A stretch of 64,000 nucleotides of DNA from Mobula hypostoma (taxonomy: Eukaryota): assembly GCF_963921235.1 (NCBI RefSeq), contig NC_086097.1, forward strand, positions 99,822,001 through 99,886,000, written 5' to 3'. The notes under the pieces are model-generated. The model worked only from the letters and a program-made list of their open reading frames with translations, did no database searches and had not been told where the DNA came from. This document shows, in pieces, positions 13,111 to 26,689 of this stretch. Numbering within the stretch: position 1 is the stretch's first letter; each line of letters starts with the position of its first letter. A program made the position numbers and the translations under genes.

Positions 13111-15660
13111 AGCTGTCATGTCACCCTTATAAGGAAGTTTCCTGTTGTATATTTAATCTAGACTGAACAGAGAACAAGTCGTCCAAATCTTTATTTTAAA
13201 TGGAGAGAGATTTGTAAAGTTGGATGGGGATTAATTTGTTATGGTTGAGAAGCAGAGGAAATAAAGACCGGGAAAAAGGCAACCACTGGATATGTAATAG
13301 TTTACAATGAAAACAAGTAGTCATAATAAAGAATGGCAGGATCCCTACATTCAGACAAGGGAAGATTTAAAAAGGCAGATAATCCCCGGGTTACAACAGG
13401 GTCCCTGACCACTGTTTGTAACTCAGACCATCCATAAATTGAAAACAAAACATGTGGGAGAGAGGGCAGGCACAGGAAGAGAGGCTGTCAGCTGGCCTCA
13501 CCATCTCAATGACTGAGTGAGCCTGCAGTGCTCCCAGCTCTGCCTAGAGCAGAGAAGGCATGTAGAAATGACCTGCTTCCACCTCTCAGAAGATACCTGC
13601 AGCAGCCAGCAAATTCATCTCCATCCATGTTGCTGATCTCCCAAACGCCTGTTCATATGTATGGCTGTCCATAAGGCACACATTTGTAACCTGAGGAGGA
13701 CCTTTAGTAGTAATATTAGTTTAGGAAATGATCACCATTGTGTGGAACAATGACATGCTAAAAATCAATCAATGAGGTAAACAGATTGCGCAGAGGAATT
13801 ATGAGCAGTCCACTGCATAGAAGGTTACTGAAAGTCACAGGGAGCCAAAAGACCAAATTTGCAGGCAAATTTCTCAGATATAAAACAATAATATCCTAAC
13901 AACAGGATTCTAAAAGTGCAGCATTGGGACAGAAACAGTGCAAAGTGTAGAATGCACAGAATACACAAAAGGCTGGCAACTGGAAAACATTTGTACAGCA
14001 TTTATAACTCAGTTAGAATTAGGAATATTGGAGAAAATATAGACCCACAGTCAGTGTTGAGATATGATTCAACTGAAGTGAATTGGAAACTATTCCTAGA
14101 CAGAAAGTCAATGGAAAGAGCTGGAGAAAACGAGGACAGAGCATATATACGCCCGTCTCAAGAAATGGACTACAAGCATGTGATGCAAGGGAATATGAAA
14201 TAAAGAACAGAGCTTACAAAGTGAGCTCTTCACCTCAACAGCTGGGGTGGCGGGGAGAGAAGGTTAGTTAGCATGCAGCAAAAAAAAATGGACAGGTAGA
14301 GAGCTTAATGGAGGAATCTGAGTAATGAGAGGGCAAAATTTCTTTTAAAAAATCAGGAACCTGTAGAAATTGCATAAAAGAACACTTTGTAAAATCAAAG
14401 GAAGTAGAAGTCATTTCTAATCACCAAAGGGAAATGGGCTAAAAATGGTATCTCATTGTGAGGACAAAAATCAGGTATGGTTCTAAACAAGTACTTTGCA
14501 AATGTCTCCATCAACAAGAATTAACAATACGCAACACAGGCCATGGAGAATATTACAAAAATCTAACACCTTTAATCACTATAACCTAAAAAAGCAATTC
14601 ATGGCCTCAACGCAGAGATGAAATTAGAGGCTCTTACCACCATTTTACAAGTCTCTTCAGTAAAAGGCTTGGTGCCACAGTATGAAGACAGCTAATAAGG
14701 TCTCCTTAGTTCAAAAGGTACATACTGACAAACCAGAAATTATAGACCAAACAACCAACATTAATTTGTAAATTATTAGAAACATTTCTTCAGTGCAGTA
14801 CACATATTTAGAAAGACAGTTAAGGACAATCAGAATTAATTAGAAAGAACTGAATCTTGCTTGGATGTTTTTTTGAAGTGATATCAAGCAGAGTTGAAGC
14901 GGTAAGCCATTTGGTGTAGTCTACTTAGGTTATTAGCAAGGAGTCTGGCAAAATTTCTCATAGCACATCAGTATAGAAGCACATGGCAACCACGGTAAAA
15001 TTGAAAGAATAATAGGACTATGCTAATTAATTCAGCAAAGGCAAGAACTTTTCATGCTGTAAAAAGTTATTCGTTAAGATAGCAGAACAGACAGATGAGG
15101 TTAAGATACACGAGAAACACCTCAATAGCACAAGGCATTGCATTGAAAAGGAGGAAAACTGAGAGTTGCACAGCAGTAATAGTTTTGGTCTCCATACTAC
15201 TGGAGCAATTAAATAACTTGTGTATAATTCTGGTCAGCACATTCCAGCAATTGGAAGTACTTATGAGCTAGGGCTTGAGAATGATAGTTATAAGACAACA
15301 CTGGAATGTGTAGGATGTTTTCTTCAGAACAAAGTTGGCTTAAGAGTGATTCAACTGAGGTGAATAAAATTCTGACAGGACAGGACTAGACTCACAGGAA
15401 AACCTATTTCCCCTCGTAAAGGAGTCAATAACTAGAGGACAGGTTAATATAAAAGTTGAGGAAAAAAAAATCTACCTGGAGTGGTGGGTGCCTGTAACTT
15501 GCTGCCTAAAAGGGAGGTGGAGACAGAAACCCTCATTACCATTTTTAAACATCTAGACAGTTTTCTACGACAACGACTTAACAGAGCAAAGGCCTACGAG
15601 CTGGGAGGTGGATTGGCCTAAATATCATTTTAGTTGGCATCAGTAATAGTAGTATCTATG
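13110..15660 (+). mobile_element. Old, heavily decayed CR1 ORF2
   Basis: Scattered CR1 RT and 3' motifs in colinear order, no open frame. Confidence 0.6.
13376..13705. mobile_element. Possible Tigger/pogo-like MITE
   Basis: Degenerate TIRs CAGATAATCCCCGGGTTACAA / TTGTAACCTGAGGAGGACCT. Confidence 0.4.
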
Positions 15661-16438
15661 ATTCAATTAAAATATCAAGCATGCTAGCTCAGGATGAATG
15701 ACTGCAGATGAATACCAAAGTACTGTACTGAAAAGTTTTCAGTAAATTCATTAGTAGTTGCACATTCCTGTTTAGTATCATGAAGCAGCAGGTGGCATTG
15801 ACACATAGCCCTCTGAACCTTTTGAGGAGCACACCACCTCTGAAATGCAATTCAAAGCACTATGTACTTCCAACTCTGCTTCCAGATCTATCTACCAGCA
15901 AAAATAAAACAATATTGGCATCATCTCCCGGGCCACCATTCCTAGGACTGAAGCTCTTATCCCTCATGAGCAGGCCACCAGTGCAAGCATGGATGATAAC
16001 AGACTCCTACAACAGCACTATATTCTAAGCTTTGTCATCGTGAGATTGTCAAGTCAGAGGAACAATTTAAAGATGTTCTCAAAGCCTCCTTGATAAAGTA
16101 TCCATCAACTTCTAAAACTCCCTGGCCCACGTTTGCTCAAAATGAACTAGCGGCATGGGAAACCCTGAATCCCCACTATTGGGATTCATGCAGCAGCTCA
16201 GTATAAAACCACCAGGAGTGCATGTCACCTAATATAACCCACCCTTCTCATCAAGGATCTCTTGCTAGTCTAGAGTCCCCACAATGGCCTTGTCAATCAA
16301 CTCAGAACCCACAGGACTAGAATGGAAAAATCAGTGACCCCCCCCCCCCGGGACTGTCTGAAAATGTGGTAGAGTCACTAACCCTGGTACAAACATGCAT
16401 TGGTTCTTATAAATGCAATTTAATTATATCATACTTAC

Positions 16439-16488
16439 AGTTGTGGCAGGAGTCATTATCCCCATAGGAACAGGAATCATAGGTGCTC
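16439..16488 (-). CDS. RBM25: RBM25 exon 3: (G)APMIPVPMGIMTPATT
   Basis: TTTTTAG| acceptor, |GTAAGT donor, 50 nt restores phase 0; similar to RBM25 TPMIPVPMSIMAPAPT. Confidence 0.93.
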
Positions 16489-16629
16489 CTAAAAATAAAG
16501 AAAAGAGTAAACATGTCAAGTAGATCACTGCTCTAAAGTACAGATTCAACAAAGCTACTTATTCATAACCGGTACTAGGCAAACAAATGCTTGTGAAGTT
16601 CCCAGGGTCTGCATCTTGGTGTCTTTAAT

Positions 16630-18090
16630 AAAGTGGCAGCAGAGATAGTGAATTTTCCCCAAAGTGCCATATATTTTTCAAAAGGTCCCAATGAAATGGA
16701 AAATTAGAAATGTAATGTCCCTTATAGGAAGGGGGAGACAGAAAGTAGAAAACTGTAGGCTGGTACTGGAAAATACTGGAATCCATTAAATAGCAGAAAA
16801 CTTTGAAAATCGTAACACAATTAAGCAGCACCAACAGCTCTGAAAATGAAAATCTGTGCAAGCATAGTATATAGTGTATTTGCTTTCCAAAAGATATTCA
16901 ATATAGGGTGCTACATAAAAAGGTCATGGTACAAGGTAAGAACTAAGAGCCCAAGGCATTCAAGGTCACTCTAAAAACAGATGGAATAAAAAAAAAGTTT
17001 TCAGATTGTCAGGCTGCAGCTAGTAAGGTGCCACAGGGTTTAGTCCTGTGGCCTAAACAATTTACAATCTATACCATTAAATGAGTTGAGTGCATTGCAG
17101 CCAAACTTGCTGGCGACACAAAGAAAAGTCAGAAGCAAGTCAAGATGGTGCAAAGATTGGTTAAGTTAGTGGGCAAAAATGTGGCAGGCAGAATACATAG
17201 TGGGGAAAGGTGAAGTTATGCTCTTGGTGAAAGAAACAGAAAAGCAAAAAGTGTTGTCTTAATAGAGACCGCTAATCGCATTTATTGTAAAAGGGTGGAG
17301 CATATATATATAGATGAAATCTTGACACAACTTCACAGGGTATTGTTGAGATCACCCTGGAGTCCTGTGTTGCTTCGGTTTGCTTACGTAAGATACAAAG
17401 TATTAACAGTTAAGAGGTTTGCAGGTTGATTCACAGGATGCAAGGATGACTGTGAAGGAAGAACAGTTTGAGACCTTTCTTTGATATATATTCAATCATG
17501 GGAATTATCAATGTTTATTGCCCATTCCAATTGCCTCTCAGCCAAGGATACAGTTAAGAATCAACTGTATTGGTGGGTCTTGAGTCACGTGCAGGATGGA
17601 GATTCCCAATGGCAACCTGGTAATTTGCCTTTTTTGTTTTAAAATTCCAGATTTATATACCAGTTGATTTTTATTCCTGACTGCCATGCAGAATTCAAAT
17701 TCACTTCTCTGGATCAATGGTTCAGAATCATGACTGTTTGCCCAGTAACTTAACAATTACGCTGCTGTAGCTCCTACGCTCATTGAAGTTTAGAAAAATG
17801 AGGTGATTTTATTGAAACTTACGATTCTGAAGGGGTTTGACACAGTAGATGTTGAGAGGATGTTTCTCATGGGGGAAACTCGAACCTGGGGGGCACAGTT
17901 TCAGAATGAAAGGTCACTTATTTATGATGGATATCAGGAGGAATTTCTCTCAGGGAATCTAGAATCCTGGGAGGCTGGCTAAATGAACTTATCTAAGAAC
18001 GAAAGATATTTTTGAACTATAACGGGTGTCAAGGGTCAAGAAGTTTCAACGAACCACATGGCATACTCCGGCTCCTTTTACTAATAATTC
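16630..18090 (+). mobile_element. Decayed CR1 RT region with a SINE-like insertion (~17480-17770)
   Basis: GGTGCCACAGGGTTTAGTCCTG (VPQGS-like) and AAACTTGCTGGCGACAC (FADD-like) remnants. Confidence 0.65.
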
Positions 18091-18521
18091 TTACTGTATT
18101 CACAACCAGCTCTCAAGGATGTAACTAATGTAGCCAAATATCCCAATAATCAATAGATCATACTCCAACACAATATTACTCATTTAGTAGGAAAGCGCAT
18201 CAAAAAGGAGTAGCAATACCCAACTAATTTCTTTGAGAATTAGAATTCAGTTAATGCTCTTCTACTTTATATATCAAACCAGTTTCTCTTCATTATTTTC
18301 CTTAAGCATTCCATGCAGTGAAGTTTGTTGTTAACTCCTTCCTGGATTTACTTGAGCTAATTTCTTCATGGCCCCTTCAGCATAAAATCAATTTGAAAAC
18401 CTTTGCCTTTCCTCTCCCATCCAATCCCCTCAATTTTAACACAATAGATGTAACAGTTTATAGAGACTTGTACTAATAAGCTTCCGCTACAGCTTACTTA
18501 ACAAATATCAAATTTACATAC

Positions 18522-18627
18522 CAGGTGGCACAGAAGGTGGGAAGCTTGCAAACTGTGGAGGAGGAATACCCGGCGGCAATGGGGGTATCCCTAAGGGAGG
18601 ACGATTCATATGCGGTGGAAATGACAT
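18522..18627 (-). CDS. RBM25: RBM25 exon 2, first coding exon (exon 18522-18642 includes 15 nt UTR): MSFPPHMNRPPLGIPPLPPGIPPPQFASFPPSVPPG
   Basis: Matches the RBM25 proline-rich N-terminus; acceptor TTTCAG|G at 18643/18642, donor G|GTATGT; 106 coding nt, phase 1. Confidence 0.95.
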
Positions 18628-19249
18628 TTCTCGAGCACCAACCTGAAATAGGCAACACTGATCAAAGTTAAAACTTGTAAACTTTGGTATGTTTTGAGGG
18701 CAATACTTAAAGAACAATTCACGTTGTAAAAAGCACATTTTTAATTGTCTCAAAACTAATTCAGGCATGTTGGACTTTAGTGTTAGTCAATGATGAGATG
18801 TTAGCAATCTTACCTGTCAAGCTGTGGGAAATCCTAGTCTGGATATGTTATCACAAAAAACTATACTGCTCCTACAATTCCATGGTGTCCACTTTTATTT
18901 TAACCTTCCATAAGGAACTTATTAGCACCTCAGTGACTTTGTAAAGATATTATTGTTAAACCACGAGGTCTGGTTTCTATAGCACAAGAGGGTATGGAAG
19001 AACTGGAGAAAACACAGTGATGAATCTATATCTGACAGGTTAAAATCACTGGGAAAGAGTGAACAGGCTGGGTTCTGAATAAGGATCAGGGCTGACCTGA
19101 TGAATTATGAATATTTAGTAAGACACTAACAAACTCAGGAGATCTAACAAATTCTGAATTGCATTGAAAAGAGGACGAACTTAAAATTGGAGTGGTCAAG
19201 GCAAATCACATAGCTGCAACTGAGGGAAGCAAGGGTTATATACTCGATG

Positions 19250-20075
19250 TTCAATACCATTATCTCCTCAGTATTAATCACAAGATTCTAAACCCAAGCC
19301 TCGATACCACCAACTGCAATGGGATCTTCAATGTTCTCATCGGGAGACCACAGTCAATACAGACTGGTAGTAACATCTCCTCCTCGCTGACTATCTAGAG
19401 GCGTCACAGTAACAATCTCTCACACTCAATGTCAAGACCAAAGAATTGTTTGTGGACTTCAGGAGGGAAGTTGGGAGAACACACACCAGTCCTCATTGAC
19501 AGGTCAGCAGTGGACAGGTGAACAGCTTTATGTTCCTGAGTCTCAGCGTCTTAGAGGATCTATCTTGGCCAACACATTGATAAAAGTAGGCACGCCAATG
19601 ACTGCATTCACCAGCAACTTTGATGTGTGTTACGCCAATGACTGCTTTGTTAGCGCTTGAGGAGATTTAGGATGTCACCAAAGATCTTGAAAATCATCGC
19701 TCTTACTGTCTGTATCACAGTCAGGTATGGAGGCTCCAAAGCACAGGATCACAAGAGAATGCAGAGGGCTGTACACTCAGTCAGTTCCATCACAGGCACA
19801 ACACCCAAACTCCCCACCTCTGAGGTCATCTTCAAGATGCAGTGTCCCAAAAAGGTGGCATCCATCACTAAAGATGCTTACTATTTGGGACATGCCTTCT
19901 TCTCATCATTAGAGAGGTACAATTCAGAAACAGATTCTTCCCCTCTGGCAACAGATTTCTGAACAGTCCATGAAGCCATGAATACGATCTCCTTACTGCT
20001 TTTTTTTTGGGAGTATTTACTTTATTGTGTTGTACCACTGCTGCAAAATATCCGACAGTGATAATAAGCCTGATC
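19250..20075 (+). mobile_element. Decayed Rex1/Babar-like LINE 3' part
   Basis: Homology to 34668-35650 (KTKELFVDFRR-type segment) and GTGATAATAAGCCTGAT tail. Confidence 0.65.
19606..19631 (+). mobile_element. 26-bp micro-insertion of the PLE-derived short element
   Basis: ATTCACCAGCAACTTTGATGTGTGTT between perfect 14-bp repeats ACGCCAATGACTGC (19592-19605, 19632-19645). Confidence 0.85.
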
Positions 20076-20739
20076 CGGAGAAAAGATGTGACTTATCTTG
20101 AAATGTACCTTAAATGTACTAAAGCAGCAATGATTCACTGTACATCAGACTAAAAACTGAGATCATTGTTTAAACTACTGAGATTGTTATTTGAACTACT
20201 CATGAACACCAAACATGCAAATCATACAAGTCAAAGTTAACTTGCAGGCACAACAAGCAATTAGGAAGGCAAAAGGATTCTAGGAGTATTCAAGTACAGG
20301 AGGAAAAACACAGCCCTGCTAAGATTATGTCTGGTCCCATCAGCTGGAAGCCACACGGAGACTGGCAATAACTGCAGAAGTGTCGAGAGCCACATCCAGG
20401 AGGAAAGCCCTATAGAATGGGAGTATCCACTTTGTGACAGGCTGTCCATTTTTTAGATCAAAGTCAGGGCTTTGGTAAAATGGTGAGTAGTGATTCACTA
20501 AGTTTTTTTTATATTGTTTCTCTTAGAAGAGACTTGTGATATGGGAGATTAGGGATATTTCCATTGTTCATGTTGACTAGGCCTGCAGAGAGCAGTGCAA
20601 GTTGTAACTGGGCTAGTATGGAACATCCATAACCAGTCAGTTCAGTGAGTTAGTTACACTAAAAGAAACGAAGAAGGTGGGTGGCCACCAGGAAGAACAG
20701 CAAGGAAAGAGCCCGAGGCCATTTCCCATGTCAACCAGG

Positions 20740-23638
20740 ATTGCTGGTGGGGTGGGAACCGAACTGAAGAGACAGTTAGCTCACAAATAGAGAAAGCTTG
20801 GAGACAGTGCGAGAGAGAGGATAGGCAGGTGATAGAGAAGGGACATGCTCAGACTGATGGTTTGAGATGTTTCTATTTTAATGCAAGGAGTATTATGAAC
20901 AAAGCGGATGAGCTTAAAGCATGGATCAGTACTTGGAGCTATGATGTTGCAGTCACTACAGAGACTTGGATGGCTCAGGGGCAGGAATGGTTACTTCGAG
21001 TTGCATGCTTTAGATGTTTCAGAAAGGACAGGGAGGGAGACAAGAGAGGTGGAGCATGGCACTGCTGATCAGAGATGGTGTCACAGCTGCAGAAAAGGAG
21101 GAAGACATGAAGGGATTGTCTACGGAGTCTCTGTGGATGGAAGTTAGGAACAGGAAGGGGTCAATAACTCTATTGGGTGTTTTTTATAGAGCACCCAAGA
21201 GTAACAAGGATATCGAGGAGCAGATAGGGAGACGGATTCTGGAAAGTTGAAATAATAACAGGTCTGTCATGGGAGATTTTAATTTCCCCAAATATTAATT
21301 GGCATGTCCCTAGAGCGAGGGGTTCAGATGGGGTGGAGTTTGTTAGGTGTGTTCAGGAAGGTATCTTGACACAATAGTAGATAAGTCTACAAGAGAAGAG
21401 GCTGTACTTGATCTGGTATTGGGAAATGAAACCAGTCAGGTGTCAGATCTCTCAGTGGGAGAGCATTTTGGAGAAAGTGGTCACAATGCTATCTCCTTTA
21501 CCATTGCATCGGAGGGATAGGAACAGACAAGTTAGGAAAGTGTTTAATTGGAGTAAGGGGAAATATGAGGCTTCAGACAGGACCTTGGAAGCATAAATTG
21601 GGAACAGATGTTCTCAGGGAAATGTACAGAAGAAATGTGGGAAATGTTCAGGGGATATTTGTGTGGAGTTCCGCATAGGTATGTTCCAATGAGACAGTGA
21701 AAGGATGGCAGGGTACAGGAACCGTGGTGTTGTTAATCCAGTCAAGAAGAAGAGCTTATGAAAGGTTCAAAAAACTAGGTCATGATAGAGATCTAGAAAA
21801 TTATAAGGCGAGCAGGAAGGAATTAGGAGAGCCAGAAGGGGCGATGAGAAGGCCTTGGCGGACAGGATTAAGGAAAATCCCAAAGAATTCTACAAAGATG
21901 TGAAGAGCAAGAGGAAAAGACGTCAGAGAATAGGACCAACCAAGTGTGACAGTGGAAAAGTGTGTATGGAACCAGAGGAGATAGCGGACATACTTAATGA
22001 GTACTTTGCTTCAGTATTCACTATGGAAAAGGATCTTGGCAATTGTAGGAATGACTTACAGTGGACTGAAAAGCTTGATCATGTAGATATTAAGAGAGAG
22101 GATATGCTGGAGCTTTTCGAAAGCATCAAGTTGGATAAGTCACCGGGACTGGACGAGGTATACCCCAGGCTACTGTGGGAGGCGAGGGAGGAGATATTTG
22201 AGCCTGTGGCGATGATATTAGTATCATCAATAGGGACAGGAGAGATTTCGGAGGATTGGAGGGTTGTGGATGTTGTTCCACTAATCAAGAAAAGGAGTAG
22301 AAATTATTGACCAGTGAGTCTTACTTCAGTGGTTGGTAAGTTGATGGAGAAGATCCTGAGAGGCAGGATTTATAAACATTTGGAGAAGCATAATATGATT
22401 AGGAATAGTCAGCATGATTTTGTGAACCTGATTGAAATTTTTTGAGGATGTGACTAAACACATTGATGAAGGTAGAGCAGTAGATGTAGTGTATATGGAT
22501 TTCAGCAAGGCTTATTGAGAAAGTGAGACGTGGGATCCAAGGGGACATTGCTTTGTGGATCCAGAACTGGCTTGCCCACAGAAAGTAAAGACTGGTTGTT
22601 GACAGGTCATATTCTGCATAGAGTTCGGTGACCAGTGGTGTGCCTCAGGGATCTGTTCTGAGACCCCTACTCTTCGTGATTTTTATAAATGATCTGGATG
22701 AGGAAGTGGAGGGATGGGTTAGTAAATCTGCTGATGACACAAAGGTTGGGGGTGTTGTGGATAGTGTGGAGGACTGTCAGAGGTTATAGTGGGACATAGA
22801 TAGGATGCAAAACTGGGCTGAGAAGTGGCAGATAGAGTTCAACCCAGATAAGTGTGAGGTGGTTCATTTTGGTAGGTCAAATATGATGGCAGAATATAGT
22901 ATTAATGGTAAGACGCTTGGCAGTGTGGAAGATCAGAGGGGTCTTGGGGTCCAGGTCCATAGGACACTCAAAGCTGCTATGCAGGTTGACTCTGTGGTTA
23001 AGAAAGCATATGGTGCACTGGCCTTCATCAATCGTGGGATTGAGTTTAGGAGCCAAGAGGTAATGTTGCAGCTATATAGGACCCTGGTCAGACCCCACTT
23101 GGAGTACTGTGCTCAGTTCTGGTCACCTCAATGCTGGAAGGATGTGGAAACCAATAAAAGGGTGCAGAGGAGATTTACAAGGATATTGCCTGGACTGGGG
23201 AGCATGTCTTATGAAAACAGGTTGAGTGAACTCGGCCTTTTTGCTTGGAGCAACAGAGGATGAGGGGTGACCTGACAGAGGTGTGTAAGATGACGAGAGG
23301 CATTGATTGCGTGGATAGTCAGAAGACTTTTTCCAGGGCTGAAATGGCTAGCACGACAGAGCACAGTTTTAAGCTGCTTGGAAGTAGGTACAGAGGAGAT
23401 GTCAGGGTTAATTTTTTTTTTAATACACAGAGTACTGAGTGCGTGGAATGGGCTGCCAGCAACAGTGGTGGAGGTGGATACAATAGGGTCTTTTAAGAGA
23501 CTCCTGGTCAGGTACATGGAGCTCAGAAAAATAAAGGGCTATGGGTAACCCTAGGTAATTTCTAAGGTAAGGACATGTTCGGCACAGCTTTGTGGGCTGA
23601 AGGGCCCGTATTGTGCTGTAAGTTTTCTATGTTTCTAC
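20740..23638 (+). mobile_element. CR1 LINE with near-complete but frameshifted ORF2 (APE endonuclease plus RT)
   Basis: FYFNARSIMNKADEL, TETW, KSPGLDEVYPRLLWE, LVRPHLEYCAQFWSP; TTTCTATGTTTCTA tail. Confidence 0.92.
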
Positions 23639-23639
23639 A

Positions 23640-25150
23640 TCAAACAAACATACTATTTTAGATAATGTTGGAGAGGACAGCCTCTCAGAAGAAAGCAGCA
23701 GCCAAGCTTGTGGCACCATGAGCAATAGTTGTGGGGAATTACTAGGGAAGGGTAATGGGATAGGCATTTATATGCCTGAAAGCAATACTCCAGACTTGTT
23801 TGTTGCTTTTCTGGTACCAGGGTCAGGAATGTCTCAGAGGTTATGGAACATTCTGAAAGAGAATAGCTGGATGCTATGGTAAACACTGGTACATACCAGA
23901 CAGGTAGAAAAAGGTTCTGCAGCATGAATTTTGGAAGTTAGGCAGAAAAGCAAGAGCTCCAGGGTCAAAATTTTGTGAGTACTCTGTGCCAGTAAAAGTA
24001 AAAGAAAAGATAGGACTGACGAATTTATGGCTAAGAGCTAGTGCAAGAGCAAGGGCTTTAGAGTCACTGCTGGGCCAAATGGGACCAGCACGAAGAGGAT
24101 GGATTACACCCAAACTGAAACTGAAACGGGACCAACATTGTAGGTGGGAGGTTTGCGCACACTCCTAAGGGAGGGTTTAAACTCATTTGGCAGAGGAATG
24201 GAAAGAGTGCAGCACATGGGGAGTTTGACTCAAATGCAGAGGATTAATCAAGTCCAGCAAATTCAGTGAGCAGAGGTTAGGGCCGTGGGGACGAGCGGCT
24301 AACAAGCTCAACTAAGTCAGCTTTAACATACCACAGCTAAGTAATATGAACTTGGAGCATGATTAAATGGAATTATAATACAATTACAACGTGGGAATAA
24401 GGTTGAATGAAGGGAAGCTTAACAGTCCAGGATATAAAAGTTTCAGATGTGACAGAGTGGCATACAAAGTGGAATCACAATTCTGATTAGAGAGAACATC
24501 ACAGAGTTATGTAGAGAATATACCTAGGAGGGATCATCCAGCTAGGCTATTTGTGTAGAACTTAATACCTTTCCTCTTAACAATTAGCTAGAGGAAGTAT
24601 AGGTGGGGGGAGGGGGGGTAGAACACATTTGGAACCGTGGAAATTTTTCTGAGAGTTTCAGGGTAATCACAGAAAGGAATGAGCTCGGTCTTCAAATTAT
24701 GATCATAACTTGGAGGAAAAATGATTTCAACGGCATAAGAGAACACCTGGTGAAAATAAATTAGGCCTAGATGCTTGCAAGTAAAATGACATCTGACAAG
24801 TGGCATAAGACTTCAATGCCAGTACATTCTGGCAAGCATGACTGGAGAACATTGGAATGATAAAGGATATTAAAGGTTTGATCAAAATAAAGCACATGAC
24901 AAGTATTGGGAACTACAAACAAGCATGTCCCTATGGGGAACACAGAGGGTTCAAGAGAGAACTTGAGAATTTAGGAGGGCAAACAGGGGCCATGAAACAT
25001 CATTGGCAAGTAAAATTAAGGAGAATCCCAATGTAGATTATGTTATCAAGATTAAGAGGGAAGCTAGGAAAGAGCAGGTTCCCTTACAGACCGAAGGGCA
25101 ATCTATGTGTGGAGTCAGGTGATCTGGGCATGGTCCCTATAAAGTTGAAG
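23640..25150 (+). mobile_element. Older CR1 (ORF1 esterase-like region and start of ORF2); probably continuous with ~20500-20740 before the younger CR1 inserted
   Basis: TGCTTTTCTGGTACCAGGGTCAGGAATGTCTC (C.PGARV-type ORF1 remnant) and decayed APE segment. Confidence 0.55.
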
Positions 25151-26039
25151 ATGGCAATGGGTACAGCAGTCATGTTGCGTGCTCTGAATCGGCATTTTCA
25201 GCTTATTTCTACTTTTTCTACACTTCTCATACAAGAAGCAGAAAGTTACATCAGGTATGATTGACTGACTATGACTATACATACATGTACACAAAACAAT
25301 CATGTATACAATCTTAGTGTTTGGGCAATATCTTCCCACATTTCCCCCCTTCATTGCGTGTACATTGCGACACAAAGATTTTTACTCCCTTGGATGTACG
25401 AGAAAGAATTAATTTTAATGAAAAAATTAAACTTCTCATCTGCATTCAAAGGGAATAACATGGAAAATTGAAAGGGATAGGCTGGTAGCTTGGGACATTT
25501 CAATGTTAAGGAGCAATCTGGCCATCAGTATCAGCCAACAATCATACTACTGCTAACTCCTACTTTTATCTTTTTCTTCCCTGTTCCCTTTGCCTTTTTC
25601 TTGCATTGGTAAATGTAATTTCTTGTTCCAAATAGTCCAGATACAGAATACTATTGACTGGTTACTCCATAGTAAGCTTTTAAGCTTCTACTGTTTTGAA
25701 TTTCCAACATTTATCCTAAAGTTTTGTCCTTCAGATTGAAATGTTAAAGAAATCTCTTCCCTGGTGAACAACAACGATCCACAGCAAAACTGCAGGGTCG
25801 ATACTATACTTCAGTCCAAACTATTATTTACACACAAGCACAAGACATTTTGCAGATGCAAGAAATCTTCAGCAACAGATGCAGAAAATCTTCAGCAACA
25901 GATGCAAAATGGTGGAGGAACTCAGAAAGATAGGCAGATTCTATTGAGGAGGATAAACAGTCAAAAATTGTAGGCCTTTATGAAAACATTTTATCAGAAT
26001 TTTCATTGACCTTTTTGTCAAGCATTTTGTTCTTGTCTT

Positions 26040-26625
26040 CAGCAAAATGCAGGATCTTCCAATAGCTCCCCATTTCAATTAAATTTCACATTTAATTCTG
26101 ACATGTCTGTCCACAACCTTCTCTACTGACAAGATGAAACCAAACAGATTGGAGCAGCAACAACTCGTTCTACCTGGGTAATCTCCAACCTGACAGCATG
26201 AATATTAATTTCCTCAGCTTCTAGAAATTTCCCCCCAACCTTCCTTTTTTCTATTCCCCATTCAGGATACCCTCTCACCCCTTCTCCTTACCTGCCCATC
26301 ACCTCCCTATGGTTCCCCTCCTCCTTCCCTTTCTTACACGGTCCACTGCCCTCTCCTATTAGATTCCTCACCAGTCCTTTACTGCTCCCACCTATCTCCT
26401 CCCAACTTCACACCCTCTCTCTGATCAATCCACCTTCCCCCTCACCTAGTCTCATCTATCACCCGTCAGCGTGTATTCCTTCCCCTTTCCCCACCCTCAT
26501 ATTCTGGCTTCTGCCCCCTTCCTTTCCAATCCTGATGAAGAGTCTTAAACCAAAACATCAACTGTTTATTCCCCTCCATTAATGCTGCCTGACTTGCTGC
26601 ATTCCTCCAGCATTGTGTGTATGCT
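26040..26625 (+). mobile_element. PLE 3' fragment with decayed hammerhead motif
   Basis: GIY-YIG C-terminal remnant, pyrimidine-rich tail, CCTGATGAAGAGTCTTAAACCAAAACATCAACTG at ~26531. Confidence 0.8.
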
Positions 26626-26689
26626 CTGTTCAGACTATTTAAATTTTAATCATAATCAAGGCAAGTCTTTGGAACCACTGGAAGTCTCC

